Shown one piece after another: positions 49,746-59,717 of a stretch of DNA of 64,000 bases (its first letter is position 1; each line of letters begins with the position of its first letter). Below the pieces are notes generated by a model, which saw nothing but the letters and a program-made list of their open reading frames with translations, searched no databases and was not told the origin of the DNA. This DNA comes from Candidatus Levyibacteriota bacterium (lineage in GTDB: Bacteria; Patescibacteriota; Microgenomatia; Levybacterales; UBA12049), in the NCBI GenBank assembly GCA_041906785.1, contig JAYRIM010000028.1:35934-99933 (forward strand), read 5' to 3'. The position numbers and the translations under genes are program-made.

Positions 49746-51418
49746 AAAAATACATATTTCTTTTTATCATTATTTTTCTTGCAGCTGTTCTTCGTTTATG
49801 GCATTTAGGTGAAGTCCCTCCTTCACCTAATTGGGATGAAGTGGCTCTAGGATATAATGCATATTCAATTCGTGAGACAGGAAAGGATGAATACGGTAAA
49901 CCGTTTCCTATCATATTACGATCATATGATGATTATAAACCTGCTCTTTATTCATATTTAGCTATTCCTTCAATAACCCTTTTCGGTTTAAGTGCTTTTG
50001 CTGTCCGTTTACCTTCTGCAATTTTTGGAGTTCTAACAGTTCTCATCACTTATGCACTTGTTATGGAGTTATTTCTAAGAAATACTGTAAAAAAAGAATT
50101 GACAGATGTATACCGTACGCATATTGCCTTATTTGCAGCATTATTATTAGCGATTTCTCCTTGGCATATTCAGTTTTCCCGTATAGCATTTGAATCAAAT
50201 ATAGGTTTAGCATTTAATGTTATTGGGATATATTTCTTTTTTCTAGGTTTACGCAAGCCTTATGCTCTTTCTTTTGCAACACTCTCCTGGGCTCTAGCTT
50301 TATACGTTTACCAAAGTGAAAAGGTATTTACCCCATTGATAGCATTTGTATTAATTTGTCTTTTTTGTAGAGAGCTTTTCAAATTACCGAAACGATTCCT
50401 TATAGTTGCCGCTTTATTAGGAGTGATCATTGCATTTCCAATGCTTTATGTTTCACTTACTGATAAGCAGGCACTTGCGAGAGCAAAAGGTGTCAGTGTT
50501 TTTTCCGATACAACTCATTTATTAGAGCAAAGTTCTCAACGTTTAGCTTTGAGTAAAGAGAAAAATGATTTTCTGGGAATCATATTTAATAACAGGAGAG
50601 TAGTTTTTGCAAAAACTGTTATGTCAAATTATCTTTCACACTATGATTTAAACTGGCTATTTATAACTGGTGATTTAGCAAGACATCATGCCCCTGATAT
50701 GGGACTGCTATACATTATGGAAATACCATTTTTCCTTCTGGGAATATACGTCTTAGCTTGGGAATCTTTCTCTAAAAAAATAAAATTGTTTCTTTTACTT
50801 TGGTTTTTAATTGCACCTATTCCTGCTTCGATTACAAGTGGAGTGCCACATGCTGTAAGAACACTAAATTTTCTTCCAACATTTCAAATAATAACCGCAT
50901 TAGGTATTATAGGATTTTTCTTTTATACCGGAAGATTACAAATGGGTATTAAAAAATATCTTCTTATGGTTGTCTTTCTACCAACTGTGTTTATATTATC
51001 AATTATTAATTTTTCCTATTATCTCAATCAATATTTTGTACAGCAAAATAAGATAGTTTCCCAAGACTGGCAGTTCGGTTATAAAGAAACAGTGGAAGAG
51101 GTTAAAAAAATCGAGAAGAATTATAAGAAAATTGTTGTTTCAAATGTACCTCATTTGGATCAGTCATATATGTTTTTCTTATTTTATTTACAATACCCAC
51201 CTATTAAATACCAGGAGGCGTCACAAAACAGTTCTGGTGGTTTTCGCGAAAATCATAGTTTCGATAAATATGAATTCAGACCGATTGATTGGAAAAATGA
51301 GAAGAGAGATGCTGAGACATTGTTCGTAGGATTACCGAGTGATTTTAGTACAAATGCAGAAGAGATAAAGACTGTTTATTTTTTAAATGGTAAGCCATCA
51401 ATTAAAATTGTTCGATAA
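49742..51418 (+). CDS. ArnT/PMT-like GT-C glycosyltransferase
   Basis: WDE..GYNAYSI.ETGKDEYG, DYKP, SPWHIQFSR, PHAVR. Confidence 0.85.
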   Translation: MKKYIFLFIIIFLAAVLRLWHLGEVPPSPNWDEVALGYNAYSIRETGKDEYGKPFPIILRSYDDYKPALYSYLAIPSITLFGLSAFAVRLPSAIFGVLTVLITYALVMELFLRNTVKKELTDVYRTHIALFAALLLAISPWHIQFSRIAFESNIGLAFNVIGIYFFFLGLRKPYALSFATLSWALALYVYQSEKVFTPLIAFVLICLFCRELFKLPKRFLIVAALLGVIIAFPMLYVSLTDKQALARAKGVSVFSDTTHLLEQSSQRLALSKEKNDFLGIIFNNRRVVFAKTVMSNYLSHYDLNWLFITGDLARHHAPDMGLLYIMEIPFFLLGIYVLAWESFSKKIKLFLLLWFLIAPIPASITSGVPHAVRTLNFLPTFQIITALGIIGFFFYTGRLQMGIKKYLLMVVFLPTVFILSIINFSYYLNQYFVQQNKIVSQDWQFGYKETVEEVKKIEKNYKKIVVSNVPHLDQSYMFFLFYLQYPPIKYQEASQNSSGGFRENHSFDKYEFRPIDWKNEKRDAETLFVGLPSDFSTNAEEIKTVYFLNGKPSIKIVR

Positions 51419-51421
51419 ACT

Positions 51422-52711
51422 ATGACAACACAAAAAGGAATTTTACATACTGTATCTAAAACATGGAATAACTTTGATAAGATACTACTGTTTATTCTTC
51501 TTATTCATATTTTCTTAAGAACGTATCAACTGGACATGAGAAATCCTTTTGGGTGGGATCAAGTAAATAACGCTTGGGCAGCAAAAGGAATTATTATCGA
51601 TAATAATTTACCTTTACTAGGCATGGTAGCGAAAAACAATAGCGGAATTTATATTGGGCCTCTTTATTATTACATGATCACTCCCTTTTATTTTTTAACG
51701 AATCTTGATCCTATAGCTTCTGGCTTTTTTGCGGTTTTTACAAGTATTATTTCTGCGCTGATCCTCTTTGGAGTAGCTAAAAAACTTTTTAATAAAAACG
51801 TTACATATATTATTTTAGGAATAAATGCAGTAAGTTTTTCTGGCATTGATTTTGATCGTGTGCAATGGCCAGTAGGATTAATCCCTGCTTGTTCAATGCT
51901 TATTTTTTATTTTCTTTATAAAGTCATTTCAGATAACCCTAAATATATTATTCCTTTAGCGATTCTCATAGGTTTTTCTATGCATTTGCATTTTACATCA
52001 GTGTTTTATCCAATAATTGTATTATTTACTCTTCCATTTTTTCCTAAGTCATTGAAAACCGTCTATTATTCTATCTATGGAATATTGATTTTTACTCTTT
52101 TTCTTTTACCAAACATTCTTTTTGAACTGCAACATAGAAATAGAGGGACTGGAAATATGTTTCAATATCTAAATACGTATTTCCATGGTGTTCACTTACG
52201 TAGGATTATGCAATTAACGAAAGATGCATTTATACAATTTGAAGCATTACTCTTCTTTCCATTCTTAAAGTTCCTTAAGTATATTATTCTTCCATTGTTT
52301 TCTTTCCTCTATATATTTAAAAAACCTCAAAGAGAGCGTTTTTATCTGGTTTATCTATTATGGCTTTGGTTTCTAGTTCCATGGATAGTTTTTTCGGTAT
52401 ATAGCGGTGAGATAAGTGATTACTATTTTTCAATAAATAGATACCTGGTTTATATTAGTGTAGGATATATTCTTTCTTTACTTCTGCACAGAAATATTTT
52501 TATCAAAAGTGCTGTTGCAATCTTGTTACTATTATTTATCTTTGTAAATATAAAAAGATCTTTTGAAATAAACGTAGTGGGTCTACGTTATCATAAAAAA
52601 AGTGTTATCGATGCAATTGAACTAAAGAAGGTAATACCATTTAAGGAGGGAGATCCTCAGGCATATATTTATTATGTTCTTACTAGGAATAAAGAAAAAA
52701 CTGGAAAATAA
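51422..52711 (+). CDS. ArnT/PMT-like GT-C membrane protein, DQ subtype
   Basis: FGWDQ, PLLG, GPLYYY, multi-TM. Confidence 0.75.
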   Translation: MTTQKGILHTVSKTWNNFDKILLFILLIHIFLRTYQLDMRNPFGWDQVNNAWAAKGIIIDNNLPLLGMVAKNNSGIYIGPLYYYMITPFYFLTNLDPIASGFFAVFTSIISALILFGVAKKLFNKNVTYIILGINAVSFSGIDFDRVQWPVGLIPACSMLIFYFLYKVISDNPKYIIPLAILIGFSMHLHFTSVFYPIIVLFTLPFFPKSLKTVYYSIYGILIFTLFLLPNILFELQHRNRGTGNMFQYLNTYFHGVHLRRIMQLTKDAFIQFEALLFFPFLKFLKYIILPLFSFLYIFKKPQRERFYLVYLLWLWFLVPWIVFSVYSGEISDYYFSINRYLVYISVGYILSLLLHRNIFIKSAVAILLLLFIFVNIKRSFEINVVGLRYHKKSVIDAIELKKVIPFKEGDPQAYIYYVLTRNKEKTGK

Positions 52712-54329
52712 CACTATTATTTTGCTGTTTATTATTTTACTAGCAGTAATCCTACGGTTATACGCGATAGATAGCGTTCCACCTAACGCATCTCTCGATG
52801 AAGCTTCTATAGGTTATAACGCATATTCAATTTTAAAAACTGGAAAAGATGAATATGGAAATTATATTCCTTTTCTTTTAAGAGCGTATGATGATTGGCG
52901 TCCTGGATTATATGTATATCTAGTAATTCCATTTATTTTTATCTTTGATTTATCTGTAACTGCGGTAAGATTTCCTTCCGTGCTCCTTTCGATTTCTTCC
53001 TTAGTATTAACATATTATTTAGTAAAGGAATTATTTCATAGAAAAACAGTTGCTCTTTTAGCAATATTTTTTCTGGCAATATCTCCGTGGAATATTTATA
53101 TTTCGCGTTTAGGTCATGAGGTTAACTTAGGATATTTCTTCACCGTTTTAGGAATGTTTTCGTTCGTGAAAGCGCTTAAGACTCAAAGACCATTGTTTTT
53201 TTTCTGCATATTTACAATCTCATTCGCTCTTTCTATGGGTAGTTATCAAAGCGAAAAAATTATTGCACCTGTTTTGGGAATATCCCTATTACTTATTTTT
53301 TTCAAAGAAATTTGGTTAAAGAAAAGAGAGTTTTTGATAGCTTGTATAGTTGGTTTGATTTTTTTTATTCCGACATTACAATCGTCCTTTTCTCCAAATG
53401 CATTGATACGTTTTAATGCTACAAACGCTTTTAATGAAAACGATCCGAGATACTATGAGCGCGCAAAATTGTTACTTGAAGCTAAGAAAAAAAATAATTT
53501 TCTCGCTCATGTCTATTATAATAGGCGTCTAACTCCGATTATTATAGCGAGTTCAAATTATTTTTCTCATTTTAATCCTATCTGGCTCACAACGAATGGT
53601 GGGGAAGAAAGGCACAAAGTTCCCAATTTAGGATTACTTTATTCCTGGGAATGTATTCTTTTTCTTTTAGGGATATTTTTTCTTTGGAAAAGCGCTTTCT
53701 CAAAAAAAACAAAATTACTTTTACTTATGTGGTTATTAACAGCACCCTTACCAGCAGCAATTACTACTGACGCTCCTCATGCGATGAGAATATACACATC
53801 CTTACCTGTCTGGCAAATATATGCAGCATTTGGGTTATTTTCACTTATTCGTTTCATACAATCCCGGAAAGTTTCCATTATACCCTTTACGATAGCTTTT
53901 ACTTTTATTATTATTGCGAGTATTCTAAAACTAAGTCTTGAATATTTTTATGTATTTCCGAGAGAACAATCAGACTCATTCCAATATCCCTTAAAACAAG
54001 CAATACTATTCTCTCAACAAAACGAGGAAAAATATTCAAAGATTATATTTTCTAACGAAAATGACTTAATGCAATCATACATGCACTTCTTATTTCATAC
54101 GAAATACGATCCTGCAGCATATCTTTCTGCTGGTGGAACTAAGTCCGGTGGGTTTGCAGAATCACATGCCATTAAAAAATATTTTTTCCAATCACTGAGA
54201 TATATATCGTTAAAGCAATCTGGAAGTATATTGGTCATAGCTAATAAAAATGAAGATATAGATGGAAATAAAATAAAAAGTTTTTATAATAAGAAAGGAG
54301 AAAAAAGAATTACTGCATGGGAGTTATAA
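52674..54329 (+). CDS. ArnT/PMT-like GT-C glycosyltransferase
   Basis: LDE..GYNAYSILKTGKDEYG, DWRP, SPW..SR, PHAMR; exact start uncertain. Confidence 0.85.
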   Translation: MFLLGIKKKLENNTIILLFIILLAVILRLYAIDSVPPNASLDEASIGYNAYSILKTGKDEYGNYIPFLLRAYDDWRPGLYVYLVIPFIFIFDLSVTAVRFPSVLLSISSLVLTYYLVKELFHRKTVALLAIFFLAISPWNIYISRLGHEVNLGYFFTVLGMFSFVKALKTQRPLFFFCIFTISFALSMGSYQSEKIIAPVLGISLLLIFFKEIWLKKREFLIACIVGLIFFIPTLQSSFSPNALIRFNATNAFNENDPRYYERAKLLLEAKKKNNFLAHVYYNRRLTPIIIASSNYFSHFNPIWLTTNGGEERHKVPNLGLLYSWECILFLLGIFFLWKSAFSKKTKLLLLMWLLTAPLPAAITTDAPHAMRIYTSLPVWQIYAAFGLFSLIRFIQSRKVSIIPFTIAFTFIIIASILKLSLEYFYVFPREQSDSFQYPLKQAILFSQQNEEKYSKIIFSNENDLMQSYMHFLFHTKYDPAAYLSAGGTKSGGFAESHAIKKYFFQSLRYISLKQSGSILVIANKNEDIDGNKIKSFYNKKGEKRITAWEL

Positions 54330-55831
54330 ATAAAACTATTATTTTCTTATTAGCTTTTTCTATAATCTACTTTACGATTTTCCCACGTACAGCAGAAGTA
54401 TTTAGTAAAAATTATCTTTTCGGATTTGATCAAGGAAGAGATTATCTGTCTGTAAAACAAATTGTAGTAGATAGAAAACCTACACTTATTGGTGCAGAGT
54501 TAGGGGCTGGTTCAGCAGGACTTAAAGGAATATTTCATGGACCAGGGTACTATTATTTTCTTTCAATTCCTTTTTTTTTAATGCATGGAGATCCCTATGG
54601 TGGGCAATTATTAATGTTTTCTTTCGGCCTTGCAACTATTATTTTTAGTATATTTTTTTCTAAAAATTTTTTTAATTCCTGGAATATTGCATTATTAACT
54701 GGGTTATTTATAGCGATGTGTCCTATACTCGTTCCCCAAGCACGATTTATTTGGAATTCCCATCCGTCGTCTCTTTTCGTTCTCTTAGTGTTTTTCTTTT
54801 ATTCACAATATTTACATACTAATAAAACACGAGATCTTTTTCTGTCAGGTTTTTTTTCGGGTTTTATTTATAATTTCCAGACAGGTATCGCAATACCTCT
54901 TTGTGTTACAGTTTTTCTGTTTACAATTATTACATCGAATTTTAAAGACTTCAAAAAATATTTTATACTTTTATCTAGTTATGTGTTAGCTTTCCTACCT
55001 CTTATCTTATTTGAGATACGTCATGGTTTTCAGGCAATAAAGGGTTATATAGAGTATTTACATTCTCCTTCAGCAGGTACAGGAAGTTCTTATTATTTTT
55101 GGAACAATCTTAAAGATCACTTCGGGTCATTCAATTATAATTTTTTTCAAACATTTCCAGAGATACATTTTCTACCATCCACTATTTTGTTTTTGCTTTT
55201 TATTCTAGGTATATTTTTTGTGTTAAAAAAGGAAAAGAAAACGGCAAAAAAACATTTTATTTACTTTCTTTTGTTTCTTCCATTTGTAACTTTTTTCATT
55301 TTTTCATTTCTTCGAAATGCTGTTTATCAATACTACTTAACACATCTAAATATTGCATATATTATTTTAGTAAGTTACATTGGTTATTATGCTTTTAAAT
55401 ATAGCAATAAGTTTATACAATGTATTTTTTTATCATTTGTTGTTGTGTTAATAGTTATAAATATACCTCGCGTTTATGCAAATTTTATGTATGACTATCA
55501 GGATTATGGAGGCGATGCTAAAATAAAAGGAAGAATAGATGCTGTGGATTATCTTTATAAACAAGCAAAATATAAACCTTTTAACGTCTTGATTTTTGCT
55601 CCTCCCATTTATACATATGCCTTTGATTACGTTTTTTGGTGGCATGGAAACGAAAAATATGGATTTATGCCAGTAAATAAAAAAGAAGGGACAGTGTATT
55701 TATTAATAGAGAAAGATCCAGGAAAACCATGGAGTTATGAAGGTTGGTTAGAAACAGTAATAAAGGTTGGAAAAGTTGAATATACGAAAAAATTACCTAG
55801 CGGGTTTATTATCCAAAAAAGAAAAATATGA
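54317..55831 (+). CDS. ArnT/PMT-like GT-C membrane protein, DQ subtype
   Basis: FGFDQGRD, PTLIG, GPGYYY, GDP, multi-TM. Confidence 0.75.
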   Translation: MGVINKTIIFLLAFSIIYFTIFPRTAEVFSKNYLFGFDQGRDYLSVKQIVVDRKPTLIGAELGAGSAGLKGIFHGPGYYYFLSIPFFLMHGDPYGGQLLMFSFGLATIIFSIFFSKNFFNSWNIALLTGLFIAMCPILVPQARFIWNSHPSSLFVLLVFFFYSQYLHTNKTRDLFLSGFFSGFIYNFQTGIAIPLCVTVFLFTIITSNFKDFKKYFILLSSYVLAFLPLILFEIRHGFQAIKGYIEYLHSPSAGTGSSYYFWNNLKDHFGSFNYNFFQTFPEIHFLPSTILFLLFILGIFFVLKKEKKTAKKHFIYFLLFLPFVTFFIFSFLRNAVYQYYLTHLNIAYIILVSYIGYYAFKYSNKFIQCIFLSFVVVLIVINIPRVYANFMYDYQDYGGDAKIKGRIDAVDYLYKQAKYKPFNVLIFAPPIYTYAFDYVFWWHGNEKYGFMPVNKKEGTVYLLIEKDPGKPWSYEGWLETVIKVGKVEYTKKLPSGFIIQKRKI

Positions 55832-57468
55832 ATTTAAAAAAACATAGATATTTTCTATCGTTAATCGTTTTACTATGTTTACCTCTTATATTGTTTGCAC
55901 CATCAGGATTACCGGTAACCCATGATGGACAAGATCATGTAGCAAGAATTGCAAACTTTTATCAGAATTTAGAACAGGGAAATCTTATTCCACGCTGGGC
56001 ACCGAATCTTAACTGGGGATATGGGCATCCAATTCTAATGTTTCTTTACCCGCTCCCTTCATATATCGCTTCCGTTTTCAAATATATAGGTTTCTCTTTT
56101 GTGGACAGTACCAAATTAGTTTTTGCATCGGCATATCTCTTGAGCGGTATTACGATGTACCTGTGGATTAAAAAAACCTTTGATGAGCGGACGGGAATTC
56201 TTGCCTCCCTTCTCTATGTGTATGCGCCATACAGGTTTGTCGATATGTATGTACGTGGAGCAATAGGTGAACATGTTGCCTTTATTTTTCCTCCTCTTAT
56301 TTGTTATTTTTTGTTTCTTTTACATAAACGTTTCTCTTATAAATATATTGTCGGAATTGTCTTTTCAGTTGCTGGTTTGATTCTCGCGCATAATGCAATA
56401 AGTTTAATGATGTTGCCTTTAATTTGTTTATATATCATTTATCTAGTGTTACAAACTAAAAATAAAAAAACATTTGCAGTTAATTCTTTACTCTCTATCA
56501 TTTCCGGTTTTGGTCTATCAGCATTTTTCTGGATTCCCGCATTTTTCGAAGGCAAATATACACTTAGGGATATTGTTACGTCAGAAGACTATGCTACACG
56601 TTTCGTGTCGCTTGGCGATTTTTTCTATAAACCATGGAGTTTTGGTGGTACATATACATTAAGTAAAGAGGTGGGATTCATCCACTGGTTGCTTTTACTT
56701 TTCGCTATCCTAATCCTTTTTCGCATGAAACAGAAGAAAAAGAAACTTTTTTTAGCATATTGTATTGGAATATTTTTATTCACTCTTTTTCTTATGACAA
56801 ATTATTCAAAATTTATTTGGGATAGTATCTCAACATTGAGGAAATTTCAATTTCCCTGGCGTTTCTTAACTGTCATAGTTTCTATTTCTTCAGTTATAGG
56901 GTCCTTTACCTTTTCTGCAGTTGCTAAAAAACACCAAGAAAAAGTTTTTGCCCTCATTATAGTCTTACTGCTGGCAACAAGTATAAGATACATTGTGGTT
57001 GATGGATATTTGCATAAAGATGAATCATTTTATTCTGGTATCTATAAGAGTACTACAGATACTGGTGAAAGTTCTCCAATATGGTCTGTACGATTTATGG
57101 AGCGGGAGCCAAAAGCTCCTATAGAAATTTTATCTGGGAAAGCAAATATATCAATAGAAAAAAGGAATACAACAGTACATACCTATGTGATCAAAGCAGA
57201 TACCTCAACTAGGATTCGAGAGAATACGCTTTATTTTCCTGGCTGGATAGTTTTAGTAGATAAAAAACAGGTACCCATTCAATTTCAGGATCCTTCCTCA
57301 CGCGGTTTGATAACCTTTTGGCTTGAACCTGGAAAACATAGCATTGAAATGGTGTTTACCGATACGAAGCTTCGCTTTATAGCAATGTGTATCACATACG
57401 CAACAGTAACATTTCTATTGTTGTGGTTTATAATAATAAGAACATGTATATGGCAACGCTTTCGGTAG
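55828..57468 (+). CDS. PTPS-related membrane protein (putative GT-C)
   Basis: THDG..H..R, PRW..LNWGYG.P, RG..GE, AHN, QFPWR, YFPGW. Confidence 0.8.
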   Translation: MNLKKHRYFLSLIVLLCLPLILFAPSGLPVTHDGQDHVARIANFYQNLEQGNLIPRWAPNLNWGYGHPILMFLYPLPSYIASVFKYIGFSFVDSTKLVFASAYLLSGITMYLWIKKTFDERTGILASLLYVYAPYRFVDMYVRGAIGEHVAFIFPPLICYFLFLLHKRFSYKYIVGIVFSVAGLILAHNAISLMMLPLICLYIIYLVLQTKNKKTFAVNSLLSIISGFGLSAFFWIPAFFEGKYTLRDIVTSEDYATRFVSLGDFFYKPWSFGGTYTLSKEVGFIHWLLLLFAILILFRMKQKKKKLFLAYCIGIFLFTLFLMTNYSKFIWDSISTLRKFQFPWRFLTVIVSISSVIGSFTFSAVAKKHQEKVFALIIVLLLATSIRYIVVDGYLHKDESFYSGIYKSTTDTGESSPIWSVRFMEREPKAPIEILSGKANISIEKRNTTVHTYVIKADTSTRIRENTLYFPGWIVLVDKKQVPIQFQDPSSRGLITFWLEPGKHSIEMVFTDTKLRFIAMCITYATVTFLLLWFIIIRTCIWQRFR

Positions 57469-58205
57469 TTCTCGCAACATTTAATGAAGAAAAGAATTTA
57501 GCAGAGTGTTTGGAGTCTGTAAGGGATATCGCAGATGAAATCGTAATAGTTGATGGGTCCTCAAATGACAACACAGTCGACATTGCCAAACAGTATAAAG
57601 CTAAGGTACTTGTCACTGATAACCCTGAAATTTTTCACATTAATAAACAAAAAGCCATAGATATGGCTACGAAAGACTGGATACTTCAACTAGATGCTGA
57701 CGAACGGGTTACGCCAGATCTTGCTGAAGAAATACATTCTCACATCTCAATTCTCAATTCTCAATTCAATGGCTTTTGGATTCCGAGAAAGAATTGGTTT
57801 CTTGGGCGTTATTTAATGAAAGGTGGACAATATCCGGATTATACGTTACGTTTATATAGAAAAAATAAGGGTAAATTACCCCAAAAAGATGTTCATGAAC
57901 AGGCCATAGTAGATGGAAAAGTAGGATATTTGGAGCATCCCCTTATTCATATTGCTGATCCGGAATTTAAAAGATATTTACTTCGATTTAACCGCTATAC
58001 AGGTATTCTTGCAACACATATAAAAAGTGAGAAAAAAAATATTTTAACTCCTTTTAAATATATATTTCTATTACCGATATGGTGGTTTATGCTAACTTAC
58101 GGTAGACATAAAGGGTTTATGGATGGATGGCAAGGTTTTGTATTTTCCTTCTTTTCAGCGGCTAGATTTCCTGTATCATATATAAAGTACTTAATAAGAA
58201 AATAG
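57450..58205 (+). CDS. GT2 glycosyltransferase (beta-1,4-glucosyltransferase-like)
   Basis: TFNEE, VDGSS.D, WILQLDADER, YPDY.LRL, VHE; start 57450 (or 57444). Confidence 0.9.
   Translation: MATLSVVLATFNEEKNLAECLESVRDIADEIVIVDGSSNDNTVDIAKQYKAKVLVTDNPEIFHINKQKAIDMATKDWILQLDADERVTPDLAEEIHSHISILNSQFNGFWIPRKNWFLGRYLMKGGQYPDYTLRLYRKNKGKLPQKDVHEQAIVDGKVGYLEHPLIHIADPEFKRYLLRFNRYTGILATHIKSEKKNILTPFKYIFLLPIWWFMLTYGRHKGFMDGWQGFVFSFFSAARFPVSYIKYLIRK
57736..57770 (+). repeat. Heptamer tandem array (ATTCTCA x4-5) inside CDS
   Basis: attctca catctca attctca attctca attcaat. Confidence 0.85.
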
Positions 58206-58206
58206 T

Positions 58207-59193
58207 ATGGCAAATATTTTAATTACCGGAGGAGCAGGGTATATAGGCAGTTTTATGGTAAAGCGTTTACTCGATGATGGTCATAGAGTCACCGTAATAG
58301 ATTCTCTAGAGCGCGGGCATAAAAATGCAATAGATAGCAGAGCAATTCTCAAGATTGGTAATATATTAGATAAAAAATTTTTAAATGAGGTATTTACTGA
58401 GCAGAGCTTTGATGCAATATTGCATTTTGCAGCCTTTATTTCTGTAAATGAATCTACACAACGGCCAGACGATTATTTTAGAAATAACACCTTTGGTAGT
58501 TTTTGTCTTTTTGAACAAATGCGTATACACAATGTTAAACGAATTATTTTTTCCTCAACTGCTACTGTATATGGTATACCTAGAAAAATTCCGATTTCTG
58601 AAGATCACCCAAAAAACCCGGAAAATCCATATGGCGAAAGTAAATTATTAGTTGAACAAGGTTTAGAGTGGTATCATAAAATGTTCGGAATTAGTTTTGC
58701 AGTTTTACGTTATTTTAATGCTGCTGGTGCTGCTCTAGATGGAAGTATGGGAGAAGAGCATTTACAAGAAACCCATTTAATACCGAATGCTATTCAAGCT
58801 GCTATAAAAAAGAAAGAATTTGTTCTCTATGGTACTGATTACAATACTATTGATGGAACAGCTGTCAGAGATTATATTCATGTACTAGATTTAGTTGAAG
58901 CACATATACTTGCCTTAGGAAAGTTGCAAAAAGAAGAAGGATCATTTATCTACAATGTAGGCACTGGAAATGGTTTTACTAATAAGGAAGTTATAGAAAT
59001 GGTAAAGAAAGTTTCAAAAGTTGATTTTCCGGTTAGGCTTGAAAAAAGACGTGAAGGTGATTCAGAAGCTACCGTAGCAGATTCAACAAAAATTAAAAAT
59101 GAACTGGGATTTAAGCCAAGCTATTCTGATCTCGACACTATTATTACCTCTGCATGGAAATGGCATACAAACAAGTTAAAAGTTAAAAGTTAA
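58207..59193 (+). CDS. galE: UDP-glucose 4-epimerase
   Basis: GGAGYIGS, HFAA, FSSTA, YGESK, RYFNAAGA, DGT.VRDYIHV. Confidence 0.95.
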   Translation: MANILITGGAGYIGSFMVKRLLDDGHRVTVIDSLERGHKNAIDSRAILKIGNILDKKFLNEVFTEQSFDAILHFAAFISVNESTQRPDDYFRNNTFGSFCLFEQMRIHNVKRIIFSSTATVYGIPRKIPISEDHPKNPENPYGESKLLVEQGLEWYHKMFGISFAVLRYFNAAGAALDGSMGEEHLQETHLIPNAIQAAIKKKEFVLYGTDYNTIDGTAVRDYIHVLDLVEAHILALGKLQKEEGSFIYNVGTGNGFTNKEVIEMVKKVSKVDFPVRLEKRREGDSEATVADSTKIKNELGFKPSYSDLDTIITSAWKWHTNKLKVKS

Positions 59194-59207
59194 AAATGAA
59201 AAGTTAT
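59173..59207 (+). repeat. Heptamer tandem array (AAGTTAA x5) spanning a gene junction
   Basis: aagttaa aagttaa aagttaa aaatgaa aagttat; contains the galE stop and the next start codon. Confidence 0.85.
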
Positions 59208-59717
59208 TTTCTTCTCATTTATTTATTTATATTACTTTCTTTTCCACCCCGAATATTTGCAGAATCAACATATGTTCTTCCTTATCCCTCAGCTATGCCG
59301 GGAAGCTTTTGGTATAAATTAAATTATCTTCATGAGTTTTTTGATCGGTTTTGGTATTTTGGTAATTTTTCGCAATTTACATATAGTCTTAAACAGGCAG
59401 ATAAATATTTAGTTGAATCAAAAACATTATTTGAGTATGGACAATATCTTCTCGCATACAGGGCATTAGAAGCATCAAATAAATATTTTAAAGAAGCTCC
59501 ATTTTTTTTATTACGTGCTGAGAAAGAGAATAAAGATATTTCTGAGAAATTCTCATTACTTAAAAATGCCGCTGAAAAACATGCAGAAGTTCTGGGGGAA
59601 ATAAAAGAAGATGTTCCCGCAAACTTTTTATGGAAACCAGAAAAAGAGGAACAGACTTATTTAAGGATACATGAGCTTATTGATAATTCTATCAATGTAC
59701 GTCTGAATTGTTTATGA
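59196..59717 (+). CDS. Secreted helical protein, DUF5667-like
   Basis: Signal peptide followed by LPYP..MPGS.WYKL, then helical region. Confidence 0.6.
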   Translation: MKSYFLLIYLFILLSFPPRIFAESTYVLPYPSAMPGSFWYKLNYLHEFFDRFWYFGNFSQFTYSLKQADKYLVESKTLFEYGQYLLAYRALEASNKYFKEAPFFLLRAEKENKDISEKFSLLKNAAEKHAEVLGEIKEDVPANFLWKPEKEEQTYLRIHELIDNSINVRLNCL

